A DNA stretch of 64,000 bases from Bryobacteraceae bacterium (GCA_035526195.1 DATLCW010000021.1:521-64520); one strand, 5' to 3'; shown: positions 1 through 9,748, counted from the stretch's first letter. Translations and numbers: made by a program. The notes: generated from the letters alone by a model not told the origin.

Positions 1-534
1 AAGCCCGGAATTCAAGCGCTGGCAACAACGACACCGGACCGTCCACCGGTTCCCAAACAGCACCCGAGCCACCTGCGCGACTACGAGTACATACGGCTCG
101 GAACGGTTTCCTTACTGGCCGGGTTGGATCTGCACACCGGCAGCGTTATCGAGATCGTCCGCGATAGTCACGCCAGCGCTGACTTCATCGCGCTACTGGA
201 GCAATTGGATAGTAAATATCCAGCCCAGACCCGAATCCGTCTCCTGCTCGACAATCACTCAGCACACATCTCCAAGCAAACCAAAGCCTACCTGAACCTG
301 CACCCGCAAAGATTTGAGTTTGTCTTCACGCCCAAGCATGGGTGTTGGCTGAACATCGTCGAGACCATGTTCAGCAAAATGGCTCGCACCATGCTGCGCG
401 GCATTCGAGTCGCAAGCAAACAGGAACTGATTGACCGTATCCACCTCTACTACGACGAGATTAATGCCGACCCCGTCATCTTCCGCTGGAAGTATAAGAT
501 GGATGAAACTGTTGGACAGATTTCAACAGAATGA
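1..534 (+). CDS. IS630-family DDE transposase, C-terminal part (5' end lies outside the window)
   Basis: Frame 1 is open from base 1 (KPGIQALATT...LAGLDLHTGSV) into the listed ORF. Motifs LLLDNHSAH, FTPKHGCWLNIVE and FRWKY are typical of the IS630/Tc1-mariner DDE domain. Confidence 0.85.
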   Translation, partial: KPGIQALATTTPDRPPVPKQHPSHLRDYEYIRLGTVSLLAGLDLHTGSVIEIVRDSHASADFIALLEQLDSKYPAQTRIRLLLDNHSAHISKQTKAYLNLHPQRFEFVFTPKHGCWLNIVETMFSKMARTMLRGIRVASKQELIDRIHLYYDEINADPVIFRWKYKMDETVGQISTE

Positions 535-593
535 TGATCTAGTAGAGCTTGAGTTGGCCTGGGGCCTATCGTCGCCACAGTAGCAATTGCTAA

Positions 594-622
594 TTGCAAG
601 AGTGTAAAGTTTACTGTATAGT
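594..622 (+). promoter_or_regulatory. Sigma70-like promoter candidate (TTGCAA, 17-nt spacer, TATAGT) upstream of the TIGR04255-like gene
   Basis: TTGCAA at 594-599 and TATAGT at 617-622 with an exact 17-nt spacer, in an AT-rich intergenic stretch. The -10 box ends 6 nt before the GTG at 629, so the mRNA could be leaderless. Confidence 0.35.
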
Positions 623-628
623 TTTGAT

Positions 629-1441
629 GTGGACAGAACCCTAACCCCCCTTATACTGTGCCGATCTCCGCTCGTTTACGTTGTGATGCATGTGCGGACT
701 GCGGCGGTAATGTCGCTGGAACGGTTCATTCCAGAGGTTCAAGAAGCGCTTCGGCGCTCCGGTTTCCCGAAGTTCACCAAGAGTAAGATTCATGAGATCA
801 AATTCGAGGCGGGGGAGGACCCAAAGTCGAGTACTTCTGATCGCTTCGAATTCCAGACGCGCGACGGAAGAACTGGCGTGGTCCTTACCGCAAACGCCGT
901 TGCGCTTCATACGAACAACTATCGGCACTTCGAAGAATTTTTGAATGTTCTCGAAAAAGCAGTCCGACTAATCAACCCGATTCTGTGTATTGAATTTGCT
1001 GAAAGAATTGGCCTTCGCTACGTGGACCTCATAAGGCTGGCGGACGGCGAGCGTTTTGATCAGTACATAACTGCGGGAATACTCGGTCCCGATCCGTCTT
1101 CGTTGGGAATGGTGAAATCGTTTTCCAGATTCGAGATGGTTGGAACATCAGGCGTCGGCACTCTTGCCCTGCGACACTGGCAGATGAGCAATGGAAATTT
1201 TTTGCCCCCCGACTTGTTGCCATCTACTCTAGTTCACCCAACGTCACTTGCACCAGATGAGCAGGTCTCGCTGCTCGACTTCGATCACTTTGCGGAAAAG
1301 CAGTTTGACTTTGACAGCGAAGAGATCAAGAGGAGGGCGTGGCAATTACACGATAATCTTGACAAGACTTTCCGAACTGTCACGACACCGTTTGCATTGG
1401 AGAAATGGGGTCAAACGACCGTTCAGGGCGAAGCAAAATGA
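629..1441 (+). CDS. TIGR04255-family-like uncharacterized protein
   Basis: 270-aa ORF. The N-terminal SPLVYVVMHVRT and internal AERIGLRYVDLI resemble the sporadically distributed TIGR04255 family as recalled from memory. The start could be GTG 629 or ATG 710. Confidence 0.55.
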   Translation: MDRTLTPLILCRSPLVYVVMHVRTAAVMSLERFIPEVQEALRRSGFPKFTKSKIHEIKFEAGEDPKSSTSDRFEFQTRDGRTGVVLTANAVALHTNNYRHFEEFLNVLEKAVRLINPILCIEFAERIGLRYVDLIRLADGERFDQYITAGILGPDPSSLGMVKSFSRFEMVGTSGVGTLALRHWQMSNGNFLPPDLLPSTLVHPTSLAPDEQVSLLDFDHFAEKQFDFDSEEIKRRAWQLHDNLDKTFRTVTTPFALEKWGQTTVQGEAK

Positions 1442-2142
1442 CTTCCACACAGTACAGATACGCTTTTACCTCTATGTCACCTAGCAAGGAGAGTGCCTTC
1501 GTCGCTGATGAGTGGAGATTCCTATCGGAAAGGTCGCTTGAAGCCAAGGGAGCGCGACCCATTCCGAAAATGGCATTGGTCGGCTTGGGCTTTATGCTTG
1601 GAACGGGTGCGATAAGCCCAATCGTTCCGAGTCAGATCACTGGTTTTGGTCCGACTTCGTTTGTGATCACTCCAGCAAATAAGGCGACAGGCCGATTCTC
1701 TGTGATCGATGTTCGCGAGGAGATCATAGCAATTAGAAGCCTTCTGGGAATAAACGTTTCAGAGCTTGCAGCGATACTCGATGTGCAGCGACCTACGATC
1801 TACTCTTGGCAGGCAGGTTCGGCTGAGCCGCACGCAGAAAATAGAAATCGCCTGAGACGCACTTATCAATTGGCTTCGCGCTGGACTCAGGTGTGCTCGG
1901 AGCCGATCGGGGACTGGGTCCGAAGACCGCTCGACGAAAGCGGCCGGACGCTGGTTTCGTTGCTCTCAGAATCCACGCCAAACGAAGCTCTCATTGAGGA
2001 GGCATTCAAGACCCTAAAGATCCCAATCGAGCAGGAGGCGCTTGTGTTTGCTGGAGTCGGTGATAGGGCGCGCAAACTCGGCTACAAAGATCGTTCGAAG
2101 CGAAAGCAGGAGTCTTCGGCCAACCGAGAAACGCTGGTATAG
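1438..2142 (+). CDS. Xre-type HTH protein with a DUF2384-like C-terminal domain (MbcA/ParS antitoxin-like architecture)
   Basis: ATGA start/stop overlap with the upstream gene. HTH segment LGINVSELAAILDVQRPTIYSWQAG is followed by WVRRPLDESGRTLVSLLSESTPNEALIEEAF, which matches the W..P...GG.TP..LL pattern of Xre/MbcA/ParS antitoxins. Alternative starts at 1474 and 1570. Confidence 0.6.
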   Translation: MTSTQYRYAFTSMSPSKESAFVADEWRFLSERSLEAKGARPIPKMALVGLGFMLGTGAISPIVPSQITGFGPTSFVITPANKATGRFSVIDVREEIIAIRSLLGINVSELAAILDVQRPTIYSWQAGSAEPHAENRNRLRRTYQLASRWTQVCSEPIGDWVRRPLDESGRTLVSLLSESTPNEALIEEAFKTLKIPIEQEALVFAGVGDRARKLGYKDRSKRKQESSANRETLV

Positions 2143-2146
2143 CCGG

Positions 2147-2998
2147 GTGACATGGACAGCGGTGGCGAGCCAACAACAACATCCACAGCGTCCGGATTCG
2201 ACTTGGCGGCAGGGATCCATCATCAGTCGAGAGCTTGTCGCTCCACTTGAGCACGTGCTCGGTCTCCTAGAAGCATTGCCGCAAGAATGTGTTATCATTC
2301 TAATTTCGCAGGATTGTGATGTCCTCAATGAGTGCTATGAAACTGAGCCATTCGTAGAATTTCTGATCGCAATCCCGAAGTCTAATGAAGTGGAAGACAA
2401 GGGCCTTCTATACGGGAAGCACCCCAGAAATCTTCAAGTCAAGCTGAGCCGTTCTCAAGACGAACTGCAGTTGCTGGAGATCAACATTCACAACCGCTGT
2501 CGTGTGAGGCGAGAGGTGTTGCTAAGTGGGTTGCCGGCAGGGCAGTTAGATTCTGATCATACTGACGTCATTGCTCGTTGCGTCGCAAAAAAGTACACGC
2601 GCCCGGCGTTCCCTGACGAGTTCAACATCCGCTGCAAAGACGCAGGGAAGAAGTTGGCAAAACTTTTCAAGAAAAAGGGTGATCTCCTTACGGGCCTCTT
2701 CATACGACTGGATCCGGATGACGCTGAACTCCCTGCTGAAGATGATTACAGAGTAATGCTTTTCGCCACTTGCACCCAGACAGTTTGGCTCGATTCTAAG
2801 TCGAAGACGGACGCAATATCTTTGGTCGAACAAGTCAGAACAGCGTTGAATGAATGCCAGGGTCTTGTCGTCGATGACGCAAGCCTCGTACCCGAAAACC
2901 GCTTCTCGCTTGAAGACATCCGAAATACCGACCGCTGGGACTACGATTACTTAACTTATCGGAGCGAGCCTGATCCACCCATTATCCCTGTTGAGTGA
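2147..2998 (+). CDS. Hypothetical protein (about 283 aa) downstream of the antitoxin-like gene
   Basis: Long ORF beginning 5 nt after the upstream stop (GTG 2147; start uncertain). Non-repetitive, protein-like composition (IILISQDCDVLNE, RPAFPDEFNIRC, DRWDYDYLTYR). No family recognised. Confidence 0.5.
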   Translation: MTWTAVASQQQHPQRPDSTWRQGSIISRELVAPLEHVLGLLEALPQECVIILISQDCDVLNECYETEPFVEFLIAIPKSNEVEDKGLLYGKHPRNLQVKLSRSQDELQLLEINIHNRCRVRREVLLSGLPAGQLDSDHTDVIARCVAKKYTRPAFPDEFNIRCKDAGKKLAKLFKKKGDLLTGLFIRLDPDDAELPAEDDYRVMLFATCTQTVWLDSKSKTDAISLVEQVRTALNECQGLVVDDASLVPENRFSLEDIRNTDRWDYDYLTYRSEPDPPIIPVE

Positions 2999-3339
2999 GA
3001 ATGGCAGACGGTACTCAAGATTTTCATTTCCTGCGCACATCAATTCCTTAGGGCCAATTTGGGCGGCGAACGCTTTCCCGCTTTTTCGTCCCTCGGCGCT
3101 TCGGACCAGACTGACCGAAGAGGCCGCGAGTCGGGTTTTTCTGCCCAATACCTTTTCGAAATCCTTCCCGATGAACTCGCCCCCCAGTTGCCATTTGGGT
3201 TGGGCACTTCAGAAGTCCGATCCGGAATCTTGGGAGGGACCTTTCCGGAAATCTCCACCCGCTATTGGAAATCGGATGGGACTCGATTTCAGTTTTCCCT
3301 CGGCGGTCACCCAAAACCGGCCAATGATGGTAACCTGAA

Positions 3340-3754
3340 AACCGTCAATAGGAAAGGCACTTCGGACATTGAACCGGGCGGCAGGATGCCCTCCGCAACT
3401 GTGAGCAATGTCTTGAACGAAGAAAAGCAGAAACAGATCACCGCACTGGGCCTGTTGGGTTGGTCATTGCGCGATGCGAGAAAGCAACAGGAGTCCGCCG
3501 CGAAACAGCAGCCGCATATCTGGAGAAGGTCGATCTCCGGTTGGGTTGACTTCAAAGTGATGCGTCGCACAAACGCAAGTTTGAGCCACGGTGCGAAGGT
3601 CGATCCGAAAGCTTCTGCGGATCAGCGGGGTCACGGCATCGGCGTATCTCTTAATGTTTACACGAAGAGCAACATCCAGCAGAAGGGTGTCGCCGCCAAG
3701 AAGTTGGAAGATTCCATCTATCGCCTTCGGCGCTTGGCAGAAGTTACCCTGTAG
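3340..3754 (+). pseudogene. Debris of mobile-element genes: frameshifted HTH fragment plus about 60 aa of a tyrosine-integrase C-terminus
   Basis: NEEKQKQITALGLLGWSLR continues in another frame as GVRRETAAAYLEKVDL (a split HTH). The C-terminal MRRTNASL..VDPK..DQRGHGIGVSLNVYTKS..QQK follows the HxxR..GH..Y integrase box II pattern, but box I and the rest of the enzyme are absent. Confidence 0.45.
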
Positions 3755-3913
3755 CGCTTGGTTAGAGTGACCCCCACTGGGAACACGACTAGGAACGCAT
3801 AAGAAGTTGGGGGGACACGCAGCATCATCTACGCCTGAGGCGTGTGTAGAGTAGGGATGGCATGGGTCAATATCATCCGCGCCGGAGGCGCGTTGGGTGG
3901 GGCGGAGATCGTT

Positions 3914-4237
3914 TCAACGCTGATTGGGTGTGAGGCGCGGGAGTTTGCTGCGCAGATAGCGGTAATAGTCTTGACCGGCCTTCAGATCCAGCACCTCATC
4001 AATGACCGGCACGAAGTACGCCAGCGAGCGGACCGTGCCGAGTGGCGGCGCGTCCGCGGGCCGCATCAGCCGACGCGTAGCGGCGAGAGTCAACGCGTTT
4101 TCCACGGTCTCAACCGGCACGCCACGTTCATGTAGCTGCGCCGCCAACAAGCGGTCGGCACGGCGCACCACGCCGCAAGTGCCTGGAGTCGTGCTGTAGG
4201 CTTCCAGCAGCCGGCGGACATACTCGTTTTGCTCCAT
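3914..4237 (-). CDS. Hypothetical 107-aa protein immediately downstream of istB
   Basis: ATG 4237 lies 5 nt after the istB stop, with AAGG upstream. Sequence MEQNEYVRRLLEAYSTTPGTCGVVRRADRLLAAQLHERGVPVETVENALTLAATRR. No family recognised. Confidence 0.5.
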   Translation of the reverse strand: MEQNEYVRRLLEAYSTTPGTCGVVRRADRLLAAQLHERGVPVETVENALTLAATRRLMRPADAPPLGTVRSLAYFVPVIDEVLDLKAGQDYYRYLRSKLPRLTPNQR

Positions 4238-4242
4238 GAGTC

Positions 4243-4968
4243 TCAACCTTGCGGATCGCGCAACGACGGGCCCTGAATCGCCACCGTGTGGCAGTAGTGC
4301 CGCACGCGACTCAACAGCGCCTCCACCATCGGCTTGTTGCCCAGGAAGTTGTGCCACTCGTCATAGACGAGGTTTGTTGTAATGATGGTGGAGTGCCGGT
4401 GATAGCGCTCCTCCATCAGCTTGAAAAAGATGTTCGATTGTTCGGGTTTAAGATTTAAATAGCCAAACTCATCGATCAATAAGACGTCCAGGCGGGCCAA
4501 CCGGTTGAGCAGTTGGCGCGAGGAGCGGTCGGCGATCGAGGCGTACATTTCATCGAACAGATCCTGAGCGCGGAGGAACTGGCAGCGTTGCCCGTTCTCG
4601 ATCGCCTTCAGCAGCAGCCCGCAGGCCAAGCCGGTCTTGCCCACGTTTGTCGGACCCACGAACACGAGATTCTCATGCTTGGCAACGAAGTCCAGTTCGG
4701 CGAAGGCGCGGATCTGCTTGCGGTTCACACCGGGCTGGCGCGCGTAAGGAAACGTCTCCAGCGACCAGCGCTCGGGCATGTTCGCTCTCTTGATGCGCCA
4801 TTCGAGCGCACTGTCCTGGCGGTGGTGCCACTGCGCGCGCAGCAATCCGGCGATGAACTCCGTGTAGGAGACCTGCGCCTTCTCGGCGGCGCGCAACTGC
4901 TCGTCATAGACGCCCAGCATGTGCCGCAGCTTGAGATTCTTCCACAGTTGTTCCAGCTCTTCAGTCAT
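4243..4968 (-). CDS. istB: IS21-family helper ATPase IstB
   Basis: Walker A VGPTNVGKTGLA, Walker B LLIDEFGY, and TIITTNLVYDEW. The ATGACTGA start/stop overlap with istA is typical of IS21 elements. Confidence 0.9.
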   Translation of the reverse strand: MTEELEQLWKNLKLRHMLGVYDEQLRAAEKAQVSYTEFIAGLLRAQWHHRQDSALEWRIKRANMPERWSLETFPYARQPGVNRKQIRAFAELDFVAKHENLVFVGPTNVGKTGLACGLLLKAIENGQRCQFLRAQDLFDEMYASIADRSSRQLLNRLARLDVLLIDEFGYLNLKPEQSNIFFKLMEERYHRHSTIITTNLVYDEWHNFLGNKPMVEALLSRVRHYCHTVAIQGPSLRDPQG

Positions 4969-6005
4969 CGGTGTGAGGTTCCGTTTCCAACAAGAAGTAG
5001 TCACGCGCGACACGACGCAAGATCATCCGCTCCAGCCGGTCGAAATCGTAGAGCCCATAGCGGGCGGCTTCCTCCACCGCAGCCAACAACGGCTGGCGCG
5101 GATAGTCTTTGATCAGGCGCGGCAGTTGCCGCAGGGCAAGCGCCACCACCTTGCGGCCTTTCTGCTTCAGCGCGGTCACATACGTTGCCAGTTCCGGCGT
5201 GGCGGCGAGAATCGCCTGTTCTTCCGGGTGCGGGTCACCGCGCTTGACGCCTTCCCCTCGTGGCGGCTTATGTTCGGCCAGGGTGATCCGATGGGGCTGC
5301 GTGGTAACGGCTCGGCCGTGCGTGACGCGCATCGAGTTCGATCTCGACCTTGTTTTTGGTTTCGCGCACCTCCACGCGCCGTCCGATCCAGGAGACCGGA
5401 ACAGAATAGCGATTGGAATGCAGCGCGACGTATCCTTCTATATCCACGGTGCGCGGATGCACCCGGTACACTTCGGGAATCCATTGAGGCAGCGGTTTCA
5501 GATGCAGCCGCTCGACGACGAACAGTTCCCGCGGTATGGCGTGGATGTGTTTCTTATAGGTTGCATTGACGCGGTCGCACCACTGCCTCGCCTGTTGATT
5601 GAGATCGTCCCAGGTGGCGAACGCACGCCCGGCGAGGAAGTTGTTTTCGAGGAACGAAAATGGGCGTTCCACGCGTGCTGAACGATTAGCGTCGCCTTTC
5701 TCGTGCGCCACGAAGCGGAACCCGAACCGTTCTCCAAAGGCCTCCATCTCGGGCACGGGAATCATCTCGCTGCCAGTGCCGCGCAATACCACGACGTGCG
5801 TGTTGTCGATCATCACCCGCTGTGCCGCACCGCCGAAATAGCGCAGCGCTTCGGTGAGAAAGAGCTTGCAGTCGAAGCGCTGGAACGTTGGGCTGATCTG
5901 AAAAAACAGCAGGTGCGAGTAGCACAGTACGGCCGAGGCAGTCTGTGCCTTGTACTTTGCGCCTCCAATCTCGACGGTGTGCGGCGAGGTGTCGTGCTGT
6001 AGCTC
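4961..6005 (-). pseudogene. istA: IS21-family transposase IstA, C-terminal two-thirds (cut off from its N-terminus by the RIT insertion and frameshifted near 5330)
   Basis: ELQHDTSPHTVEIGG...VMIDNTHVVV...ANRSARVERPF (DDE/integrase core) is in one frame up to ...EIELDARH. It continues as VTHGRAVTTQPHRITLAEHKPP... in another frame (ORFs 5268..6008 and 4961..5332 overlap). Confidence 0.85.
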
Positions 6006-6033
6006 CACACCTAATCGTAAGGACTCCGTAATG
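6006..6033. repeat. RIT left terminal inverted repeat (cacacctaatcgtaaggactccgtaatg)
   Basis: Its reverse complement matches 9825..9852 at 27 of 28 positions. A second conserved inverted block lies at 6083-6097 versus 9759-9773. Confidence 0.85.
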
Positions 6034-6132
6034 AGAAGGCGGCCCGCTCCGGGCGGATTTACCGCACTTTAATACGATTGTCGCTTCCCATTAAGGGGGC
6101 ATGTGCGATCCTCGGCTTCCGAGGAGGTGCTC

Positions 6133-7386
6133 ATGTCAATTGAATCGTCTTCGACTGCGTCGCGATTGGAGGAATTCGAAAGTCACCTAAGAACTGCCCG
6201 TTATGCCGCGGCGATTCAGCGTCGCTACTTGTGGCTTGCGCAGCGGTTTGTGGATTACCTTGAGAGAAAATGTATCGCCGTCGAGGCGGCCCATGAGCTG
6301 GAGTGCGAGGACTTCTTGCGATGGGAGCTTCGAAGTTGGCGTAGGCGGCACCGAAGGGATCCGCGTAATATTTTCGAATGGCGTCGCCGCTACAGAACTG
6401 CCATGAACGTGTTCTTGCGGCTGGTGCACGGACATTGGCCCGTCATAGCCACCTCAGTAACGGCGAGCGAGGCATTTCACCGCGAGCTGGTGCAGGGATA
6501 TGACACCTGGATGCGGGAGCTGCGTGGGCTGGCATCAGTAACACGGTCGACGCGGACAACACACGCCCTGCAATTCCTGACTGAGCTAGGCCCGCGTGGC
6601 GATCACGAGAGCCTTGCGCAGCTCGGGGTTCGCGACATCGATGCGTGCCTGCAGCAGCGTTGCAGGGGTTTGGGACGGCGAACTATCGAGGGCTACACGG
6701 TGTGCCTTCGAAGCTTCTTGCGGTATCTGCACGGCAGCGGACGAACTGTTGTCGATCTGAGCAGCACTGTGCTCGGACCACGGATCTATGACGACGAGCA
6801 AGTTCCTTCGGCACTGCGTCCCGAGGAAGTTCAGGCCGTCCTGGAAGTGACTCGTCGAGACTGCTCGCCGATTGGCCGACGGGATTACGCCTTCTTGATG
6901 CTGCTGGCCACTTACGGTCTGCGCGCCGGCGAAATCGTCGCGCTACGTTTGGAGGACATTGACTGGAAGAAAGATGTCCTTCGCGTGCGGCACTCGAAGA
7001 CGGGGGCAGATTCCGAACTGCCCTTGCTGCGCGAACCCGGTGAAGCAGTACTGAGCTATTTGGCAAAGGCTCGACCGGAGAGCGAGCATCGAGAGCTGTT
7101 TCTACAGGTCCGGGCGCCCTATCGGGCATATAAAAGCGGGTCGATCCTTAATTGTGTCATCGGTGCTCGTCTGAAGATGGCCGGCATCACTCCTCTTGGC
7201 AGGAAGGGCCCTCACGCCTTTCGCCATGCACGAGCGGTCAGTCTGCTGCGCGCCGCCGTGCCCCTCAAGATCATTGGTGATGTCCTGGGACATAAATCCG
7301 CGGAATCCACCGCGGTGTATCTGAAGCTGGCGACGGAGGATCTACGCGCCGTCGGCTTGAGCATCCCGAAGGAGGTGTTGCGATGA
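6133..7386 (+). CDS. ritA: Tyrosine recombinase, first gene of the trio (RitA-like)
   Basis: GAGGAGG lies 5 nt before ATG 6133. Catalytic-type motifs are ATYGLRAGE, HAFRHARA and LGHKSAESTAVYL. Confidence 0.8.
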   Translation: MSIESSSTASRLEEFESHLRTARYAAAIQRRYLWLAQRFVDYLERKCIAVEAAHELECEDFLRWELRSWRRRHRRDPRNIFEWRRRYRTAMNVFLRLVHGHWPVIATSVTASEAFHRELVQGYDTWMRELRGLASVTRSTRTTHALQFLTELGPRGDHESLAQLGVRDIDACLQQRCRGLGRRTIEGYTVCLRSFLRYLHGSGRTVVDLSSTVLGPRIYDDEQVPSALRPEEVQAVLEVTRRDCSPIGRRDYAFLMLLATYGLRAGEIVALRLEDIDWKKDVLRVRHSKTGADSELPLLREPGEAVLSYLAKARPESEHRELFLQVRAPYRAYKSGSILNCVIGARLKMAGITPLGRKGPHAFRHARAVSLLRAAVPLKIIGDVLGHKSAESTAVYLKLATEDLRAVGLSIPKEVLR

Positions 7387-8750
7387 CTCGCTCATCCTCG
7401 GCCGCCGCGGACTCTGTCGGCCACTTTCTGCGTAATCAGTCTTTTCGGCATCCAGAAACAGGCAGAATCTACTGCCATATCCTGCGTGCTTTTCAATCGT
7501 TTGTCATCGAATGCTCCACCGATACGTCGGTGTCGGTATCGAACCTGCAGAAATGGCTCCGGGAAAAGCGGCAGATGTGGCCTCTTCACATGGTCTGCCA
7601 TCGGGCTCGGCTTGTGGAGCGCTTCCTGGAATGGTCGCAGGCACAGGGCGTGATCTCAACGAATCCGTTTGCTGAGTCGCATCGCCGCTATGGGCCGCGT
7701 ACGACACCGATTGTGCGCGCGCTAGTCAGCGACGATACCGAGGCGGCGTTGCGGGAACTATGCGCTGTGCCGCGGTTTGGAAGCTTCCTCGGAAAAATGA
7801 TGGGAGAGCACGTCGGGCTGATGCGCTCGCTCGGCTATCGCTACGACGTCAACGAAAGGATGCTGCTGCGCTTCGATCGCTTCCTGCAGAGCCGAGCCGA
7901 ATTAGCCGGCAAGGCGTTGAATCAGCTGATTGAAGCGTGGGCTCAAAGCGATCCCTCCCCAAACCGTCTGTGGGAGGCGAAGAGAGTGGGACAACTGCTG
8001 TCGAAAGCGATGCATCGGGTCGATCCTGCCGCCACAACCTTCCCGATGAGTATGGAGATGTGCGAGCCAGTGCGCCGCGAGCTGAGGCGACCCTACGTGT
8101 ACTCCGACGAGGAAATACAACGGCTCTTAAAGGCAGCGCTCGCGTTCCCATCTCCAAAGGCGCCGCTGCGGCCGCTCAGTCTCTATACCATGGTGGTCCT
8201 TGCCTATTGCGCGGGGCTGCGATTGGGCGAGATCGTCCGTCTCACATTGGCAGACGTAAACCTGCAGGACGGCATGATCGAGATTCGGGAGACGAAATTC
8301 TTCAAACATCGTCGACTCCCACTGGCCGCGGAGGTGATCGCAGCCCTCAAGAATTACCTTGCGGCCCGCGAGCAAGCCGGAGCGCCTACGACCGCGGATA
8401 GCGGCTTGTTCTGGAATCAAAAGTTCGGACGGCGCTACTCGTACGGTGGATTGAGCATCCTCTTGGTCGACGTATTGCGCCGTGCTGGTGTTAAGCCGGC
8501 CACTGGCCGGATCGGGCCGAGAATCCATGATCTTCGTCACACCATGGTTGGCCACCGTATGCGCGAATGGTACAGAGAAGGCATTAACCCGCAATCGAAG
8601 CTGCCTCACCTGGCGACCTACCTCGGGCATAAAGACATCGCATCAACGCTCGTCTACCTGAACATCACACCAGAGCTGCTGCACGAGGCGAGCGAACGCT
8701 TTCGGAAGAACGGCGCGGCAACGCTGCAGACAACGGGAGAGTCGCTATGA
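7383..8750 (+). CDS. ritB: Tyrosine recombinase, second gene of the trio (RitB-like)
   Basis: ATGA overlap with the upstream gene. Motifs YCAGLRLGE, HDLRHTMVGH and LGHKDIASTLVYL. Confidence 0.8.
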   Translation: MTRSSSAAADSVGHFLRNQSFRHPETGRIYCHILRAFQSFVIECSTDTSVSVSNLQKWLREKRQMWPLHMVCHRARLVERFLEWSQAQGVISTNPFAESHRRYGPRTTPIVRALVSDDTEAALRELCAVPRFGSFLGKMMGEHVGLMRSLGYRYDVNERMLLRFDRFLQSRAELAGKALNQLIEAWAQSDPSPNRLWEAKRVGQLLSKAMHRVDPAATTFPMSMEMCEPVRRELRRPYVYSDEEIQRLLKAALAFPSPKAPLRPLSLYTMVVLAYCAGLRLGEIVRLTLADVNLQDGMIEIRETKFFKHRRLPLAAEVIAALKNYLAAREQAGAPTTADSGLFWNQKFGRRYSYGGLSILLVDVLRRAGVKPATGRIGPRIHDLRHTMVGHRMREWYREGINPQSKLPHLATYLGHKDIASTLVYLNITPELLHEASERFRKNGAATLQTTGESL

Positions 8751-9748
8751 AACCGTGTTCCCTCGCAAAGCTGCTGCATGCGTTCTTCCACGAATGGATG
8801 GGACAACAGCGAAATCTGTCCCGTCACACTGTGTTGTCATATCGCGACACATGGAAGCTGTTGCTGTGTTTCGTCTCTGAGCGCAAACGTCGAGAGATCA
8901 CCGCACTGTCGCTGTCCGACCTGGAAGCCGCCGAAGTACTCGCGTTCTTACAACACCTGGAAAATGAAAGGAAAGTGTCCATCGGCACCCGCAACTGTCG
9001 CTTGGCTGCCATCCACAGCTTCTTCGCCTTTGTCGCGCGTCGCGAACCATTGGCGGTGGCGCAGTGCGGCGAGATTGCGCGCATCCCGGTAAAGAAGAGG
9101 AACCGGCCCGCCATGTGTTATCTGGACGCAGAGGAAATCACCGCGATCCTCCGGCAGCCCGACCGGTCGAATCCCCAAGGACAGCGGGATCATGCTTTAC
9201 TCGGATTCCTCTACAACACGGGATCTCGCATCCAGGAAGCGCTGAATGTGTGTCCTCAGGCAATCCGGTTCGAGTCGCCTGCCCAGGTGGAGTTCTTTGG
9301 AAAAGGCAGGAAAAGCCGAGTCTGTCCGTTGTGGCCGGAAACGGTGGATCTGCTTAAAGCATTGCTGAGGCGCCGGCCCCGTCGGGACGATCAGCCAATC
9401 TTTGTGAATTGCTATGGCCGGCCGCTCAGTGCGGCAGGTGTACGATTCAAACTCAAGCAATATATTCAGGCAGCAGCCCAAGAGGTACCATCGCTCGTGA
9501 GAAAACGCGTCGGCCCACACACGTTTCGACACAGCGTTGGAGTCCAGTTGGTTGCCGCGGGCGTCGATGTGACCGTCATCCGAAATTGGCTCGGACACGC
9601 TCGACTGGACACGACCAACCTGTACGCACGAGCTAATCTCGAAACGAAACGCAAAGCACTCGAGCAGGTCGATCCAGCGACCAAACCCTCTAAACCGCCG
9701 CGGTGGAAACAGGATCCGGACCTATTGAAGTGGCTGGACTCGCTGTGA
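8747..9748 (+). CDS. ritC: Tyrosine recombinase, third gene of the trio (RitC-like)
   Basis: ATGA overlap with the upstream gene. Motifs YNTGSRIQE, HTFRHSVGVQL and LGHARLDTTNLYA. Confidence 0.8.
   Translation: MKPCSLAKLLHAFFHEWMGQQRNLSRHTVLSYRDTWKLLLCFVSERKRREITALSLSDLEAAEVLAFLQHLENERKVSIGTRNCRLAAIHSFFAFVARREPLAVAQCGEIARIPVKKRNRPAMCYLDAEEITAILRQPDRSNPQGQRDHALLGFLYNTGSRIQEALNVCPQAIRFESPAQVEFFGKGRKSRVCPLWPETVDLLKALLRRRPRRDDQPIFVNCYGRPLSAAGVRFKLKQYIQAAAQEVPSLVRKRVGPHTFRHSVGVQLVAAGVDVTVIRNWLGHARLDTTNLYARANLETKRKALEQVDPATKPSKPPRWKQDPDLLKWLDSL

Noticed and set aside
2147-2998. Calling the third gene of the module a RES-domain toxin because it follows an MbcA/ParS-like antitoxin.
   Set aside because: I cannot see a RES-type Arg/Glu/Ser pattern or any other known toxin motif, so the product is left as hypothetical.
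3059-3754. 231-aa ORF as an intact gene (integrase or HTH protein).
   Set aside because: It stitches together unrelated fragments. The HTH continues in a different frame, and only the last ~60 aa resemble an integrase (box II), with no box I or core-binding domain. It is treated as pseudogene debris.
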